Part shown: positions 34,325 to 35,540 of the stretch, piece after piece
Layout of the letters: every line of letters begins with the position of its first letter
How positions within the stretch are numbered: position 1 is the stretch's first letter
From: Gemmatimonadales bacterium
GTDB taxonomy: Bacteria; Gemmatimonadota; Gemmatimonadetes; Gemmatimonadales; GWC2-71-9
Assembly: GCA_035573835.1 (NCBI GenBank)
Contig: DATLZT010000207.1
Span: 1 to 35,540, forward strand
Direction: 5' to 3'
DNA: 35,540 nt
Made by a program: the position numbers and the translations under genes
The notes under the pieces: generated by a model
What the model was told of the DNA's origin: nothing
Databases searched by the model: none
Seen by the model: only the letters and a program-made list of their open reading frames with translations

Positions 34325-35540
34325 GCGCGTTCCTGGGCCTCGATCGCGCCGTCGCCTACACGGTGCTCTGGCGCTCCTGGTCGGCGCTGGTGGCGCCGGT
34401 CACCCTCGTCCTCGTCGCCACCTTCCTGAGCCCGGTCGCCCAGGGGTTCTTCTACACCTTCAGCAGCATCGCCGCGCTGCAGGTGATCTTCGAGCTCGGG
34501 CTCTCCCAGCTCATCCTCCAGTTCACCAGCCACGAGCGCTCCCGCCTCCACTGGGAGCCCGACGGCCGGCTCGGGGGCGACCGCCACGCCTGGTCCCGCC
34601 TGGCCTCGCTGCTCCGCTCCGCCCTCCGGTGGTACGCCACCGCCGCGGTCCTCGTGGTGGCGGTCCTCCTGCCGGCCGGGCTCCGGCTCTTCGCCACCCG
34701 GGCGGCCGAGGCCGCGAGTCTCGAGTGGGCCCTCCCCTGGACGCTCTTCGTCGTCCTCTCGGCGGGATCGTTCGCGCTCCTCCCGGTGGTGGCGGTGGTC
34801 GAGGGCTGCGGACGCGTCGCCGACGTGGCCCTCATGCGGCTGACGCAGACGATCCTGGCCAACGGCGCCATGTGGCTGGTCCTGCTGCTCCACGGCGGCC
34901 TCTACGCGCTCGTCGCGATCCGCGCGGTCGACGTCGGCTGGACGCTGGCCTGGCTCCTGACCCGGCACCGGGGGCTCCTGGCGGACCTGCTCGCCCCCGG
35001 CCGCCGGCCCGTCGAGACGGTCTCGTGGCGCCGCGAGATCTGGCCGCTCCAGTGGCGCACCGCGCTGGTCTGGGCCAGCAGCGCCTTCATCACGCCGCTC
35101 TTCAACCCGATCCTCTTCGCGTTCCACGGGGCGGCCGAGGCGGGGCGCATGGGGCTCAGCGTGAGCATCGTCACCGCGATCAACGCGGTGGGTCTCGCCT
35201 GGGTGCAGACCAAGGCGCCGGCGTTCGGCGTGCTGGTCGCCCGGCGCCAGTTCGCCGAGCTCGACCGGCTCTTCTTCCCGGCCCTCGCCAAGTCCGCCGT
35301 GGTGGTGCTCGCCTCGTGTCTCGTGGTGCTGGCCGTCACGGCCCGGCTCGCCGCGACGGGACACCCGCTCGCCGCCCGGATCCTGCCGCCGATCCCGCTC
35401 GTGTTGCTGCTCGCCACGGCGGTGGTGCTCCACGTCATCTACGCCGAGGCGGTCTACCTGCGGGCCCACAAGGCGGAACCGTTCGTGGCGGTGGCGGTGG
35501 TCGCGAGCCTCCTCACCGGCTCGGCCTCGTGGCTCCTGGG
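34312..35540 (+). CDS. Polysaccharide flippase (Wzx/MOP-superfamily-like) membrane protein, partial (3' end outside the window)
   Basis: Absent from the ORF track because there is no stop in the window. My translation from GTG 34312 is VRRLSAFLGLDRAVAYTVLWRSWSALVAPVTLVLVATFLSPVAQGFFYTFSSIAALQVIFELGLSQLILQFTSHE...LMRLTQTILANGAMWLVLLL...GLSVSIVTAINAVGLAWVQTKAPAFGVLVA.... It has multiple TM helices, high GC3 and no stops to the window end. The exact start codon is uncertain. Confidence 0.7.
   Translation, partial: MRRLSAFLGLDRAVAYTVLWRSWSALVAPVTLVLVATFLSPVAQGFFYTFSSIAALQVIFELGLSQLILQFTSHERSRLHWEPDGRLGGDRHAWSRLASLLRSALRWYATAAVLVVAVLLPAGLRLFATRAAEAASLEWALPWTLFVVLSAGSFALLPVVAVVEGCGRVADVALMRLTQTILANGAMWLVLLLHGGLYALVAIRAVDVGWTLAWLLTRHRGLLADLLAPGRRPVETVSWRREIWPLQWRTALVWASSAFITPLFNPILFAFHGAAEAGRMGLSVSIVTAINAVGLAWVQTKAPAFGVLVARRQFAELDRLFFPALAKSAVVVLASCLVVLAVTARLAATGHPLAARILPPIPLVLLLATAVVLHVIYAEAVYLRAHKAEPFVAVAVVASLLTGSASWLL

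Overview
Very GC-rich bacterial chromosomal DNA (by eye about 70% G+C or more; not computed). Because of this, most long entries in the ORF track are P/R/G/A-rich alternative-frame or antisense artefacts. I kept only frames with recognisable family motifs or clear G/C third-position bias. The window falls into three blocks. (1) 1-14705 is a single minus-strand array of 15 housekeeping genes with mostly overlapping or abutting junctions: asparaginase-II-like, CMD-like, obg, dprA, hemW, hrcA, dnaJ, prmA, rsmE, HIT, rpsU, yqeY-like, mutS2, dnaG and a coiled-coil protein. The order mirrors the Bacillus lepA-to-sigA region, but grpE-dnaK and rpoD are absent. (2) 14797-24671 is an envelope/orphan block. 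It holds a Wzi-like outer-membrane protein translationally coupled to a stand-alone heptose-7-phosphate kinase, then two divergent small unknown proteins, a secreted TPR/beta-propeller protein, a 560-bp gap with no valid ORF, a zinc-ribbon protein divergent from a large lipoprotein, and a glycolipid-binding-family protein. It ends with an unusual tRNA(CAT)-XRE-REC-tRNA-Val run on one strand. (3) 24685-35540 is a Wzx/Wzy-type exopolysaccharide locus: four GT4 glycosyltransferases, an 872-aa six-SLBB export (OPX) protein, a kinase-less co-polymerase, a Wzy-like polymerase and a partial flippase running off the window. I saw no rRNA, CRISPR array, integrase, transposase, or recognisable defence enzymes (nuclease, helicase, methylase). 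The best candidates for something undescribed are the orphan genes between the Wzi/heptose pair and the EPS locus, and the tRNA-bracketed regulator pair. Evidence for a coherent new system is weak and is stated as such. Lineage is unknown; content is compatible with a Gemmatimonadota-like or other high-GC Gram-negative organism (low confidence).
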